In this document: piece after piece, positions 49,488-61,330 of the stretch | Layout: the number at the start of each line of letters is the position of its first letter | Numbering within the stretch: the stretch's first letter is position 1 | Notes under the pieces: model-generated | Told to the model about the DNA's origin: nothing | Seen by the model: the letters and a program-made list of their open reading frames with translations, nothing else | The model's database searches: none | From: Octopus vulgaris | Lineage: Eukaryota | Length of the DNA: 64,000 nucleotides | NCBI GenBank assembly: GCA_951406725.2 | Contig: OX597819.1 | Location: 13,578,001-13,642,000 of the forward strand | Direction: 5' to 3' | Made by a program: the position numbers and the translations under genes

Positions 49488-49568
49488 GAAGGAGCTTCTA
49501 CAGGACTAGAACTGTTTCATTCCATCTGAATGAAACAGTTCTAGTCCTGTAGAAGCTCCTTCTATAAA
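49482..49568. repeat. Perfect hairpin, 41-bp arms, 5-nt loop
   Basis: tttatagaaggagc..tttcattc-catct-gaatgaaa..gctccttctataaa. Confidence 0.9.
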
Positions 49569-49639
49569 ATAAATTACTTTACTCTGCTATGTATTGAGTA
49601 CCTTATTTACTGTGATTAACCCCGACTTAACCCGGGACC

Positions 49640-49695
<56 letters not shown>

Positions 49696-49768
49696 TGTGT
49701 GTGTGTATGTATGTATATATACATATATAATGCATGTATATGTATGTGTGCATATACATGTGTGTGTG

Positions 49769-49815
<47 letters not shown>

Positions 49816-50406
49816 TGTATCTATGTATGTATGTATACACACACACATGGCCCACTGGTTGTGCAGAGGCAGTATCCGAGTGACGCGCAAAATATAAACC
49901 TTTCCTGAGATGGTCCTTACATTCCTAAGCGATCAGTCATGTTCGAGGTAAGAACTAAACCTCTCATTTAGCAGCATGTCTGCTAATATATGGATGTTTT
50001 ACGCAATAATCTAACAACGTTGTCGATTGCTGTCTTACATGATAGTCTAACTTCGTCTGTGGATGTCTAATATTATATGAATGTCTTACATGTTTGTTTA
50101 ATATAACATCGTCTCTGCATGTCAACGGCCAAATCGGTTTCTGATACTGATGAAATATAAACACACAGAAACGAGTCTGACACTCCGATTACGTCATTCA
50201 GAGCTGATGTGTGTTTTGACACACATAAGCCGTGGTCGGGATATCTTCTCTGCGACATTTACCGCAGCGAAAATCTTCCCACGTGTGAGTGTACACGGAC
50301 GTATTAAATATAAGTGTACACGGTTTTACCTCGACCTTAATACTAGTTTTGCTTTTTCTTGTCTATTATATTGATTTGTGCTAATATTTGTGGTACTACT
50401 GCCTAA

Positions 50407-50791
50407 GTGGAGGCGCAATGGCCCAGTGCTTAGGGCAGCGGACACGCGGTCGTAGGATCGCGGTTTCGATTCCCAGACCGGGCGTTGTGAGTGTTTATTG
50501 AGCGAAAACACCTAAAAGCTCCACGAGGCTCCGGCAGGGGATGGTGGTGATCCCTGGTGTACTCTTTCACCACAACTTTCTCTCACTCTTACTTCCTGTT
50601 TCTGTTGTACTTGTATTTCAAAGGGCCGGCCTCGTCCTATTCTGTGTCACGCTGAATATCCCCGAGAACTACGTTAAGGGTGCACGTGTCTGTGGAGTGC
50701 TCAGCCACTTACACGTTAATTTCACGAGCAGGCTGTTCCGTTGATCGGATCAACCGGAACCCTCATCGTCGTAACCGACGGAGTGCTTCCA
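50407..50791 (+). mobile_element. SINE family B
   Basis: TSD actgcctaa. Confidence 0.9.
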
Positions 50792-51032
50792 CCACTGCCT
50801 AAACTTCGCCTGCAAAATACAAATGGTTCATATGTTTTTTTATTTTATAGTTATCGAAACCTCATTTTCATGGATGGTACGTCAAGTATATGTCTATGCA
50901 ACGTTGACATTTTTTTTTAACAAAATGCATGAATTTTAATAAAATAAAGGAATACTTTTTCTCTCCTCAAGGTTTTTGAATTCATTCAACCACCCATTTG
51001 AAGATGGAATTAATGGAAGCTCACTTAGGGGA

Positions 51033-51416
51033 GGAAGCACTCCGTTGGTTACGACGACGAGGGTTCCGGTTGATCCGGATCAACGGAACAGCCTGCTCGT
51101 GAAATTAACGTGTAAGTGGCTGAGCACTCCACAGACACGTGCACCCTTAACGTAGTTCTCGGGGATATTCAGCGTGACACAGAGAGTGACAAGGCCGGCC
51201 CCTTGAAATACAGGTACAACAGAAACAGGAAGTAAGAGTGAGAGAAAGTTGTGGTGAAAGAGTACAGCAGGGATCACCACCATCCCCTGCCGGAGCCTCG
51301 TGGAGCTTTAGGTGTTTTCGCTCAATAAACACTCACAGCACCCGGTCTGGGAATCGAAACCGCGATCCTATGACCGCGAGTCCGCTGCCCTAACCACTGG
51401 GCCATTGCGCCTCCAC
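51033..51416 (-). mobile_element. SINE family B
   Basis: TSD ggaagctcac. Confidence 0.9.
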
Positions 51417-51634
51417 GGAAGCTCACATAAGCGAATGGTGTAGCTGGGTCAATTTTAGGATAATAATCTTTAGCAAACTCAACAGAATAGAACTGTCACG
51501 TCCAGGCATTATGAGCTGGATCGCAAGCTTTTAATAATAACTATTAAGTTATACAAGAAACCTGGATTGAGTAAAAGGCGAGTGGGGTTTGTGAACTTTT
51601 TGTTATTTTAGTTATTCATGAATGTAATAATCCT

Positions 51635-52068
51635 TTCTATTATAGGCACAAGGCCTGAAATTTTGGAGGAGGGGGCCAGTCGATTAGATCGACAACTGGT
51701 ACATAATTTATCAACCCCGAAAGGAAGAAAAGCAAAGTCGACCTCGGAGGAATTTGAACTCAGAACGTAGCGATAGGCGAAATGCCGCTGAGTATTTCGT
51801 CCACGGTGTTAACGATTCTGCCAGCTTGCCGCCTTAAAGTCTGTTCTAATAATCTTTTCTACTCTAGGAACAAGGCCCGAAATTTTTCGGGAGCGGCCAG
51901 TCGATTAGATCGACCCCAGTACACCACTGGTACTTAATTTATCGACCTCGAAAGGATGAAAGGCAAAGTCGACCTCGGCGGAATTTGAACTCAGAATGTA
52001 AAGACAGACGAAATATCCGCTAAGCATTTCGCCCGGCGTGCTAACATTTCTGCCAACTCGCTGTCTTA
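51635..52068 (-). mobile_element. Two SINE family C copies
   Basis: About 51635-51836 and 51852-52068. Confidence 0.8.
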
Positions 52069-52434
52069 GTCTGCTGTAATAATGTTCAACGTTTCTGTGT
52101 TGTTAGGTGCCTGGGACATGAACAGACAACTGTAAATGACCAGCATGAACCGGGAGTATCTTTTTGGATACATTTTGTTTTGAGATTTTATTTTAGTCGC
52201 TGTATTTAGATACTGTCAGACAAAGTCTTTAAAAATACACGATTTTCAGCCTTGATCATTAGATAGGATAGTTTAATCTGGCAACACGACCATTTACATG
52301 GCTCTGTGAATCACGTTCCTATTTTTCCACATCATGGCGATTGTGAAGGGTTTTTCACACCTAAATTCGGTTCATGTCTGTAATTACAGCGGTAGATCTA
52401 AAATGCCACCTGGAGCTGGTCAAAAATTGTACTA

Positions 52435-53310
52435 TTGGGTTGTCCGGAAAGTTCGTGCCGATTTATAGTAGCTTACCTTTCGACTTATTTTAGAACATGG
52501 TTGTGTCCATAAAATAGGATTTGACTACACCTCCATTTAGAGCACAGTTTAAGCTATCTTTTCGTGGAAGAAGGTTTATGTTCCTATAACCTGTGTTAAT
52601 TCTGTAACCCTTTAAAATGGAAGATAAGAAAGTTCATTTTCGGCACTTGATGCTTTTCTTTTTCCGTAAAGGGAAAAATGCCTCACAAGCAACCAAAGAA
52701 ATATGCGCAGTTTACGGTGACGTTTCTTTATTCGAAAGAACTGTACGGAAGTGGTTCGCAAGGTTCCGAACTGGAGATTGTAGCCTTATTGATAAAGAGC
52801 GATCAGGCAGACCATCTACTACAGATGATGACCAAATCAAGTCATTAATTGAGAATAACCCCCATTGCACAACCCGAGAACTAGACGAGTTAAAAGCAAC
52901 AATTCCAGAATTGGCCAACAGGAAGGGTGTTTTCCAACATGATAATGCAAGACCGCACGTTTCTTTGGGGACCAGACAAAAATTGCTGCAGCTTGGCTGG
53001 GATGTGTTACCCCACCCTTCATATTCACCAGATATTGCTCCTTCGGATTTCCACTTATTCAGGTTTCTGCAGAATAGTCTTAATGGTAAAAATTTCAATT
53101 CCTTGGATGACGTAAAAAGATACCTTGATGGATTCTTTGCGATGAAGCCACCTCAATTCTGGGAAGAGGGTATTTTCAAGTTGAAGGAAAGATGGAGATG
53201 CATTGTGCAACAAAATGGTTCATATTTGGTTGATTAAAAATGTAATGGCAAGTATTTATTGACCTTTTTCTTTCCTTTAAAAATCGGCACGAACTTTCCG
53301 GACAAACCAA
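52435..53310 (+). mobile_element. Mariner element with both TIRs and TA duplication
   Basis: ttgggttgtccggaaagttcgtgccgattt / aaatcggcacgaactttccggacaaaccaa; TA on both sides. Confidence 0.95.
52617..53237 (+). pseudogene. Mariner transposase, 206 aa, in-frame internal deletion
   Basis: N-terminal HTH (RTVRKWFARFR..ERSGRP), HDNARPH and YSPDIAPSD present; WVPH and TGDE region absent. Confidence 0.85.
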
Positions 53311-54252
53311 TAGTCAGTTTGAAGATGTTTGGGAACATCAACTTCTATCTCTTTCATTTTGGAAAACAATTTCTGGTATTCGAGGCAATATACACTTGCG
53401 TCATATGTCTCACAAGACTGTTTTTAGTTGTTTTTTTCCTCGAAAGAAGTGACTCTTCTACATTTGTACCAAGTCAGAACATCTATCGAGCGGCATTCGT
53501 ATCTGGTGCTCCCCCCTGATCATACGTATGGCATACAAATTGTTCCAAATGAGAAACCAGGTCGTTAAAAATGGAACTGAAAATGTACAAAACCTTTGAA
53601 AGCATGGATGCAGCGCTCATGTTTGATCATTAATTTGAAATTTCATCTTAGCTATCATTTAAACCCACTTAACAAATCACAGCTGGCGAATGGACGGAAT
53701 CCACCCAGTGCTGACGCAACATAAAAATGATGTTGTGAAAAGTGCGGACTATGTCACTTCGACCAGTATGGAAGGGAGGAGGTGCCGTAATCTTGTGTGA
53801 ACGTCCTATGCTGATTATGCGCACAGCAGTATCCATAGTGTTTATAACCACAACTGATGTGGATGTCAATAGTGTTGACCAGTGAAAATCTTTCTGAATA
53901 TGTTCTGCTTGTAAAAGTAGCCGAGTCTTCTTCCTGTCCTATATGACGAGAAAGGAGTTCCGAAATAAGTACCGCCTTCACCACAAGATGGTTCCTTGAA
54001 AATGCTTGGCAGTCTTTCTCATGTACAAAACACATTCTTGGGCACAGTTGGTGCGAAGTTGTGCCAAAAACAAACAAACAAACAAACCAAACCAATAGCT
54101 ATTCCACAAATTACCGGCTGGCGGTCGTCTACAAGAGACGCTCCTCGAGACGAAGACCGCTGTTTAGAAGGCTTTCAACAGTATATATACTTTAAGTATG
54201 ATATACAGATTGCTGATTTGAACTACTACTGCTTCCGTTGCTGCTGCTGCTT

Positions 54253-54321
<69 letters not shown>

Positions 54322-54324
54322 CAC

Positions 54325-54383
<59 letters not shown>

Positions 54384-54574
54384 AATATAAGAGAGCTCAC
54401 TATGTGCTCACTCTAGCACTACAAAAGGTTTCAACCACAAAAATACATGTTTCCCATGAAACTACGATTGTTAGCTCACACGAACAGGGCAAATAAAAAA
54501 TAACAAAAATACAGATTATTTTGGGACAATTGTTTACTATTAATGAATTAAATGTAATTTTACTCAAAAAACTT

Positions 54575-54618
<44 letters not shown>

Positions 54619-54742
54619 ATAATATCAGGGTAATAAAGATTTTAGAAGTTTTTACTACCCGTGGCCTAACGTATAGAAAAATTAGTCAATAGACTATATA
54701 TTATTCATATAAAATACAGTGAAAAATAAAAATATTTACCAT

Positions 54743-54810
54743 CTGGACCATGGTTTCTGACTTATTTTAGTAAATTTAATAATCTACTAGGCGAAGTCTT
54801 CTTCAACAGG
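54743..54810 (-). ncRNA. Hammerhead-like motif, U3.G8 core
   Basis: cCUG-UUGAAGA-aGAC..GUCa-GAAA-CCAUGG-UC-CAG. Confidence 0.6.
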
Positions 54811-55301
54811 TACGCCAAGATTGAAGAAGACTTCACATAGTAAATTATTTTATTTGCTAAAATACGTCAGAAACCATGGTCCAGGAAAGAGATGGTAAAT
54901 GTTTTTATTTTTCCTTCCCTTCGAGAATTTATCCCTAATTATTTGTTTGGACTTTAGCTGTTCTTTCTAGCGTAAAGGATTCCTTTCATGGAAACCTCTT
55001 GATGTGTTTAAATATACACTTTATTTTATATGAATAATATATAGTCTATTGACTAATTTTTCTAAACGCTAGGCAACTGGTAGTAAAAATTTCTAAAATC
55101 TTTATTACCCTGATATTATTAATTATGTATAATGATTTCTGGAAGATTCGTTCGAAAAAATTGCCGGCATCTTTTTGCTGCCGACAAAAAACAAACAAAA
55201 AAAAAACTGCGCCTGCGCGGTGGATTTGAAAAAAATTAAAATGTATAAGCAAGAGGCACATGCTGGATTGACCACGTGTTTATATGTTTAATCTTGGCGT
55301 A

Positions 55302-55370
55302 CCTGTTGAAGAAGACTTCGCCTAGTAAATTATTTTATTTGCTAAAATACGTCAGAAACCATGGTCCAGG
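55302..55370 (+). ncRNA. Hammerhead-like motif, U3.G8 core, extended stem II, GUC triplet
   Basis: CCUG-UUGAAGA-aGAC..UAGUAAAU(uauuuu)AUUUGCUA..GUCa-GAAA-CCAUGG-UC-CAGG. Confidence 0.65.
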
Positions 55371-55998
55371 AAACAGATGGTAAATGTTTTTATTTTCCAT
55401 TCCCTTCGAGAATTTATTCCTAATTAGTCGTTTGAACGTTAGCTGTTCTTTCTAGCGTAAAGGATTCCTTTGATGGAAACCTCTTAATGTGTTTAAATGT
55501 ACACTGTCTTATATATATGTATTTGTTTTTAATTGTATTGTTTTTTACGTCCTGTTTTTGTCACATTTTTTTTCCTTGTTTTTTACCCCTCTGCAAAGGA
55601 ATTTTATTTAATTCTTTCGCAGGAAGGACTAGTTCGACGAGGCGTGTTCTGTCCTCACCTTCGAAACACGCTGGAGTTGAACTAGGGACGGCTGATGAAG
55701 GGGATTTTTCCTTGTGTAGTTGTCTTGTACTCTGTTTTTTCGTTGTTAAAGGAATGGTCCGTTCCATGCTGTTTTTACGTTTTCGTTTCTCGTTGAGTTC
55801 TACGTCTATTTGTGGTGTCCTGTACACGCGTATATATATTTATATATGCATGTCTATATACATGTAGATGTAGGTACGTACATATATGTTTGTATGTATG
55901 CATATATTTTATCTATTATACTATTGTATGACTGAGCGCCTTCGCGTCGATTCGATTCGATTCGTTTGGTTTCGTTTCGTTTCTTCTTCTTCTCTAAG

Positions 55999-56039
<41 letters not shown>

Positions 56040-56374
56040 ATCCTTCTTTTCTAGGGCTTTCAACTCGTTGGTGGAGTAGAAGAGATGACTTCGTGACACG
56101 CAGCAGCGTTGTCTTGGACATTTGTAGACTGGCAGAGCAGATCCCTCTCAAGGCATGACCGCAACTGATTTATTCAAGAAGTGCAACACACAGACAGACA
56201 GGCAAGCAGATAAGAATCGACCCAGTTCAGGATTGGTACTTTATTTATCAATCCCTTGAAAGATTAATGCAAAGTTGGCCTCGGCAAGACTTGAACCCGA
56301 GGCGCGGAGAGCAGCATCAGCTGTCGCAAGACAATGTAGCTCGTACCTTAATGGCTCTCAGAATTCATCACCAT

Positions 56375-56404
56375 GTACGTAATGTATGTGTGTGTATGTA
56401 CGTA

Positions 56405-56435
<31 letters not shown>

Positions 56436-56471
56436 TGTATGTATGTATGTATGTATGTATGTATGTATGTA

Positions 56472-56502
<31 letters not shown>

Positions 56503-57340
56503 ATGTATGTATGTATGTTTGTATGCATGCATGTATGTATGTATGTATGCATGTATGTATGCATGTATGTATGTATGTATGTATGTATGTATGTATGTAT
56601 GTATGCATGCATGTATGTATGTATATAAGTGCGTAAGTGTGTATGTATGTATGTAAGTGTGTATGTGTGTATGTTTGTATGTAAGTGTGTATGTGTGTTT
56701 CTATGTATGTATGTATGTATGTATGTATGTTTGTATGTGCATATGTGTGTATGTATGTATGTAAGTGCGTGTGCGTGTATGTATGTATGTACGTACGTAC
56801 GTACGTATGTATGTATGTGTGTATGTATGTATGTATGTATGTATGTATGTATGTATGTACGTACGTACGTATGTATGTATGTATGTATGTATGTATGTAT
56901 GTATGTATGTGTGTGTGTATGTATGTATGTATGTACGTACGTACGTACGTACGTATGTATGTATGTATGTATGTATGTATGTATGTATGTATGTATGTAT
57001 GTATGTATGTATGTATGTATGTATGTATGTATGTATGTATGTATGTATGTATGTATGTATGTATGTATGTATGTATGTATGTATGTATGTATGTGTGTAT
57101 GTATGTATGTATGTAAGTGCGTGTGCGTGTATGTATGTATGTACGTACGTACGTATGTATGTATGTGTGTATGTATGTATGTATGTACGTACGTACGTAC
57201 GTACGTATGTATGTATGTATGTATGTATGTATGTATGTACGTACGTACGTATGTATGTATGAATGTATGTATATATGTATGTACGTACGTACGTACGTAC
57301 GTATGTATGTATGTATGTACGCACGTACGTATATATATAT
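56375..57340. repeat. ~1-kb (TATG)n/(TACG)n microsatellite
   Basis: Direct reading. Confidence 0.95.
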
Positions 57341-57382
57341 ACGCACACACGCACACACGCGCGCATGTATGTTCGGACCCAC

Positions 57383-57502
57383 ACGAAAGGCTCTGTGCAT
57401 TCCATTTATGACCGTCAGGAATGAGTTGGCCACACGCCACCCCGAGCCAAAATATTTGCACCTTGCCTCGTTTCTCGACCGTTTTGTCTTTTATACAGAA
57501 AT
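57383..57502 (-). CDS. Candidate symmetric phase-1 exon (120 nt), unknown product
   Basis: Acceptor ttttttatatcag, donor gtgggt; only one frame open: (D)FCIKDKTVEKRGKVQIFWLGVACGQLIPDGHKWNAQSLS. Confidence 0.35.
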
Positions 57503-59072
57503 CTGATATAAAAAATCTGCTCAAAGTGGTGTGTTTATGACACGTTGCTAGTTCTAGTTTCACCCTCTGTCTACCACCACCACCACCACCACCACCACCA
57601 TCATCATCATCATTTGTCTTTCCTCTCCGCCACCACCATCCTAATACCGTCTCTCTTCTCCCCTCTTTCTCTCCCCCCCACACACACTCACACACAAACA
57701 CGCATGCACGCACACATGTCCGTGACACAGCATTTATCTAGTAAGCAAAACCGCCCTTGCGCTTCGTCCTTTTCTCCTCCTTCTCCTCCCGATTGCCAAG
57801 GACCCGTGACATACGACGACGGCTCCATTTACATTATAGTTTAGTTGCACACAACTCCTCACACACACACACACACACGTTACGAGTGAAACAATAGCCG
57901 CCGTCGCTGCGTGCTGACATCGAACTGAAGTGACGCGGAAAGGATCTGGCAGCGGTGTGTGAAAAAAATGGCGTGCGTGACTGCAGGAACGAAGGTCGTT
58001 TGTCCACCATCGACCGAACCATGGAATGATGATGGTGGTGGTGATGGTGGTGATGGTGGTGATGGAGGTGGTGTTGGAGTGTCATCTCTTGGGAATTTTA
58101 GGTAGGATCATGTGAGAAACTAACGAGGCCCAACATATATCTCTTTTCTTCTCGTTGGAATCGAACTCACTGGTCGACCTTGATTGAATCAAGCTGGCAC
58201 CAAAATTATTCCAGCCGTGGCTATCACGTCTGTTTTTAGACTTTAAAGTTACATTATCCGCTGTGTCCTTCTTTGTTTAAGACTACAAAGTGCGGTTTGA
58301 CTGATATTTCTAGCAGGTTGGTCAAGAAATACCCAAAGGGTCCCTTCTTGTCTCGTTTCTACATAAAGTGCTTTTCCCCTATGTCAACGCTAGACGAACA
58401 AAACTAAAATTAAAGACATTCCTATCATAGTCATCCCAACTTTTTAAAGCTTAGTGTGCCTCTGGGTGGGGTGTAGTTTGAAGGAATTTTAGCTACTGTT
58501 TCTACCAGCGGTTCGAGCAGCGACATTGATGATTACTGCGTTGGCTTGGGAAAAATACACAGGGACACCTGCTGCAGGTAAACTTAACAGTGAAGTGGGT
58601 GCCAACATACAAAATGTAGTAAACCAAGGAATTTGTGTTAATTAAAATTAAGGAATTGTCTCATCTGCCAGTCTAAACTTGAGTTAATCATTTAGGAAAT
58701 TAATATCCTCATCAGTTAATCACAAAATTTATTGGCCCTCGACATTAATTAAGCTAACTTTCACTTTACTGTTGAGTTTCCATGCAACAGGAGACCCTGG
58801 TTATCCATAACCCACCGTCTCAGTCATTATTTTAAGCTATAAAGCCTTTATACACTTCTCCCATCATCAAAGACCTCCGGTGGTATTTAGACCTTGCGAA
58901 GATGATGAGGTCAAATAAAATCGGAGCATATTCGGAGTTGTCACCGTCATACAGAAGATCAGTTTTTTTTTTTTTTTTTTGCAATGTATTACCCACTTTA
59001 TTAACTTTAATTAATTAAAATTCTGGGGTTGTCACCCCTTGCTAATTTTGATGAGAATTAGTCCTTTAGAAA

Positions 59073-59120
59073 ATAAATGTTTCAAAAACTGACAGAAGTC
59101 CCTAATTCTTCATCAGTTAT
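59073..59120 (-). ncRNA. Degenerate hammerhead-like motif
   Basis: AUAA-CUGAUGA-AGAAUU..GAC(uucu)GUC-AGUUUU-u-GAAA-CA..UUAU; stem III and cleavage site damaged. Confidence 0.35.
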
Positions 59121-59211
59121 CAACCAGTTGCTAATACACAGCTTTGCACCTTTAACGATAAGACTGAGAGCTTCACAATAGATGGCGCCCGTACAAAAAA
59201 AATATTTTTGT

Positions 59212-59251
<40 letters not shown>

Positions 59252-59254
<3 letters not shown>

Positions 59255-59455
59255 CGCAGGAGTAGCTGTGTGGTAAGTAGCTTGCTTACCAACCACATGG
59301 TTCCGGTTCAGTCCCACTGCGTAGCACCTTGGGCAAGTGTCTTCTACTATAGCCTCGGGCCGACCAAAGCCTTGTGAGTGGATTTGGTAGATGGAAACTG
59401 AAAGAAGCCCGTCGTATGTATGTATGTATGTATATATATATAAATATATATATAT

Positions 59456-59490
<35 letters not shown>

Positions 59491-59706
59491 TATATATATG
59501 TATATATTTGTGTGTCTGTGCTTGTCCCCCAACATCGCTTAACAACCGATGCTGGTGTGTTTACGTCCTCGTCACTTAGCAAGAGAAACCGATTGAATAA
59601 GTACTAGACTTACAAAGAATAAGTTCTGGGGTCAATTTGCTCGACTAAAGGTGGTGCTCCAGCATGGCCGCAGTCAAATGACTGAAACAAAATAAAAGAA
59701 TAAAAG
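59252..59706 (+). mobile_element. SINE family A
   Basis: Full length, between (TA)n tracts. Confidence 0.9.
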
Positions 59707-59714
59707 AAGTACAT

Positions 59715-59823
<109 letters not shown>

Positions 59824-59907
59824 CACCAGAATTTTGTATGGTGTTCTCCATATAAATCTATGGGGTGATTATAATCAAAATAAGCAACAAGAATAACTTC
59901 GGTAATC

Positions 59908-59991
59908 TGGTACGATCGTTTCGCACTACATCATTTTATTAAATGTTGTAAGTATTACAACAGTTTTAAAATGCTGAGCACTCATCAGCCA
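59908..59991 (-). ncRNA. Type-I hammerhead ribozyme, canonical core, long stem II
   Basis: UGG-CUGAUGA-GUGCU..UGUUGUAA(uac)UUACAACA..AGUGC-GAAA-CGAUCG-UA-CCA. Confidence 0.8.
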
Positions 59992-60123
59992 TTAATAGAG
60001 ATTTTCCATTAATACATAATTTTCATATTATGAATTTATATGGATAACACCATACAAAACTCTGGTGCATCTAACTTAAGTACCATATTCATTTGAATCT
60101 AAATTTGTGTATGTATGTGTATG

Positions 60124-60165
<42 letters not shown>

Positions 60166-60300
60166 CACAAACACACACACACACACATATATATATATTA
60201 ATGATGTTGTCATGTACTCTTCATTTAAATTTTGCCCTTCAATATCAACTTCAGTAACATCCTTCATAGGTCCTTCATTGAAATCATCAATAAATATTAC

Positions 60301-60372
60301 CGTGTCAACGTGGACCGCGAATGAGGAATATTTGATAAACATCACGCAGAACATCATTACGAGATTCTTCAT
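60301..60372 (-). CDS. Candidate first coding exon with signal-peptide-like start
   Basis: aacaaATG context; MKNLVMMFCVMFIKYSSFAVHVDT; donor ACG|gtaata. Confidence 0.3.
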
Positions 60373-60616
60373 TTGTTTTGCTCTCTGTTATGTGAAATCT
60401 TGATAAAATTGTTGGAATAGCACAAGAGGATCAGACGGTTTCATTAGGACAATTGCAGACAATTCTTCTCAGGAATTCTGGCTTCTGCTGCTTCTGACAT
60501 ACATCGCACCAATTCCTCGTCATTGTTAGCAAATTCCTGCTTTCAGCTGCTGCATTGTTAGTCTTGTGAATAACACCGCCATTAGAGCGAATGTCTTCAA
60601 GTTTGTGGCGTCTTTC

Positions 60617-60662
<46 letters not shown>

Positions 60663-60664
<2 letters not shown>

Positions 60665-60810
60665 TGCACTACTAGGCACTGCACACATCCTACGCAGAAC
60701 ACTTTCCATACAATAACCATCAGAGCATCACAACAAATCACAGCACATACCTAAGGCACACAGAGCTGCGCTCGGTAGTGAAGTGAAAGCACACTATAAA
60801 AATAAAACTA

Positions 60811-60813
<3 letters not shown>
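60663..60813 (+). mobile_element. Dong/R4-clade non-LTR element, 5'-truncated, within (AAT)n
   Basis: IALLGTAHILRRTLSIQ* C-terminus plus short 3'UTR; (AAT)n on both sides. Confidence 0.8.
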
Positions 60814-60896
<83 letters not shown>

Positions 60897-60897
60897 T

Positions 60898-61330
60898 AAA
60901 TGCCCTGATGCAGTACCAGGCAGTGGCTCTCATGGCTTCTGATCTTAACTGATTGGAAGTGTTATCATGTACATTGTTTTGTCTTGGTATAAATGATGGG
61001 CTACAGCAAATATTCTGCTCAATACCACAGATTTGCTGGTCAGTTGTTTGACCTTAACCAGTTGAGCATGTCCCTTAGTGGCTGACGATATGTGCATCTC
61101 TGATCACGAGCAGAAGTAGTGGGGGAGCATCATAGCCATGTGTTGCCCTGATGCAGCACCAGACAGTGGCTCTCATGGCTTCTGATCTTAACTGATTGGA
61201 AGGGTTATCATGTACATTGTTTTGTCTTGGTGTAAAAGATGGGCGACTGCAAATATTCTGCTCAATACCACAGATTTGCTGGTCAGTTGTTTGATCTTCA
61301 CCAGTTGAGCATGTCCCTCAGTGGCTGATG
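60898..61330 (-). mobile_element. Family F repeat, partial tandem dimer
   Basis: gccctgatgcag.. at 60902 and 61145. Confidence 0.7.

Larger units (their letters stand above)
52330..54060 (-). mobile_element. Academ-like DNA transposon relic (XPG/PIN-like domain), split by mariner
   Basis: With frameshifts: GQEE.D/RLLLQAEH, SVVVINTMDTAV, FHTG, GFRPFASCDLLSGF, DTNAAR, PAPGGILDL. Confidence 0.55.
54616..55510. repeat. Three copies of a Penelope-type repeat: fold-back 54616-55122 plus tandem copy 55290-55510
   Basis: 54616-54720 complements 55017-55122; 54821-55020 repeats at 55306-55505. Confidence 0.8.

Noticed and set aside
50145-50185. ctgatga...gaaacgagtc hammerhead; similar words near 26148 and 40420-40470
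   Set aside because: No convincing stem I or stem II pairing; consistent with chance.
55652-55705. Permuted hammerhead (cttcGAAAc...CTGATGAaggg), also at 48735-48780
   Set aside because: Both core words are present but stems I and III could not be folded by eye.
56055-56158. + strand exon after tccttcttttctag; similar acceptor near 38019
   Set aside because: Acceptor only; no clear donor, linked exon or recognisable peptide.
56267-57728. Long HTYI/MYVC ORFs, also at 14.1, 30.4, 47.7 and 63 kb
   Set aside because: Translations of TATG, TA and CA microsatellites.
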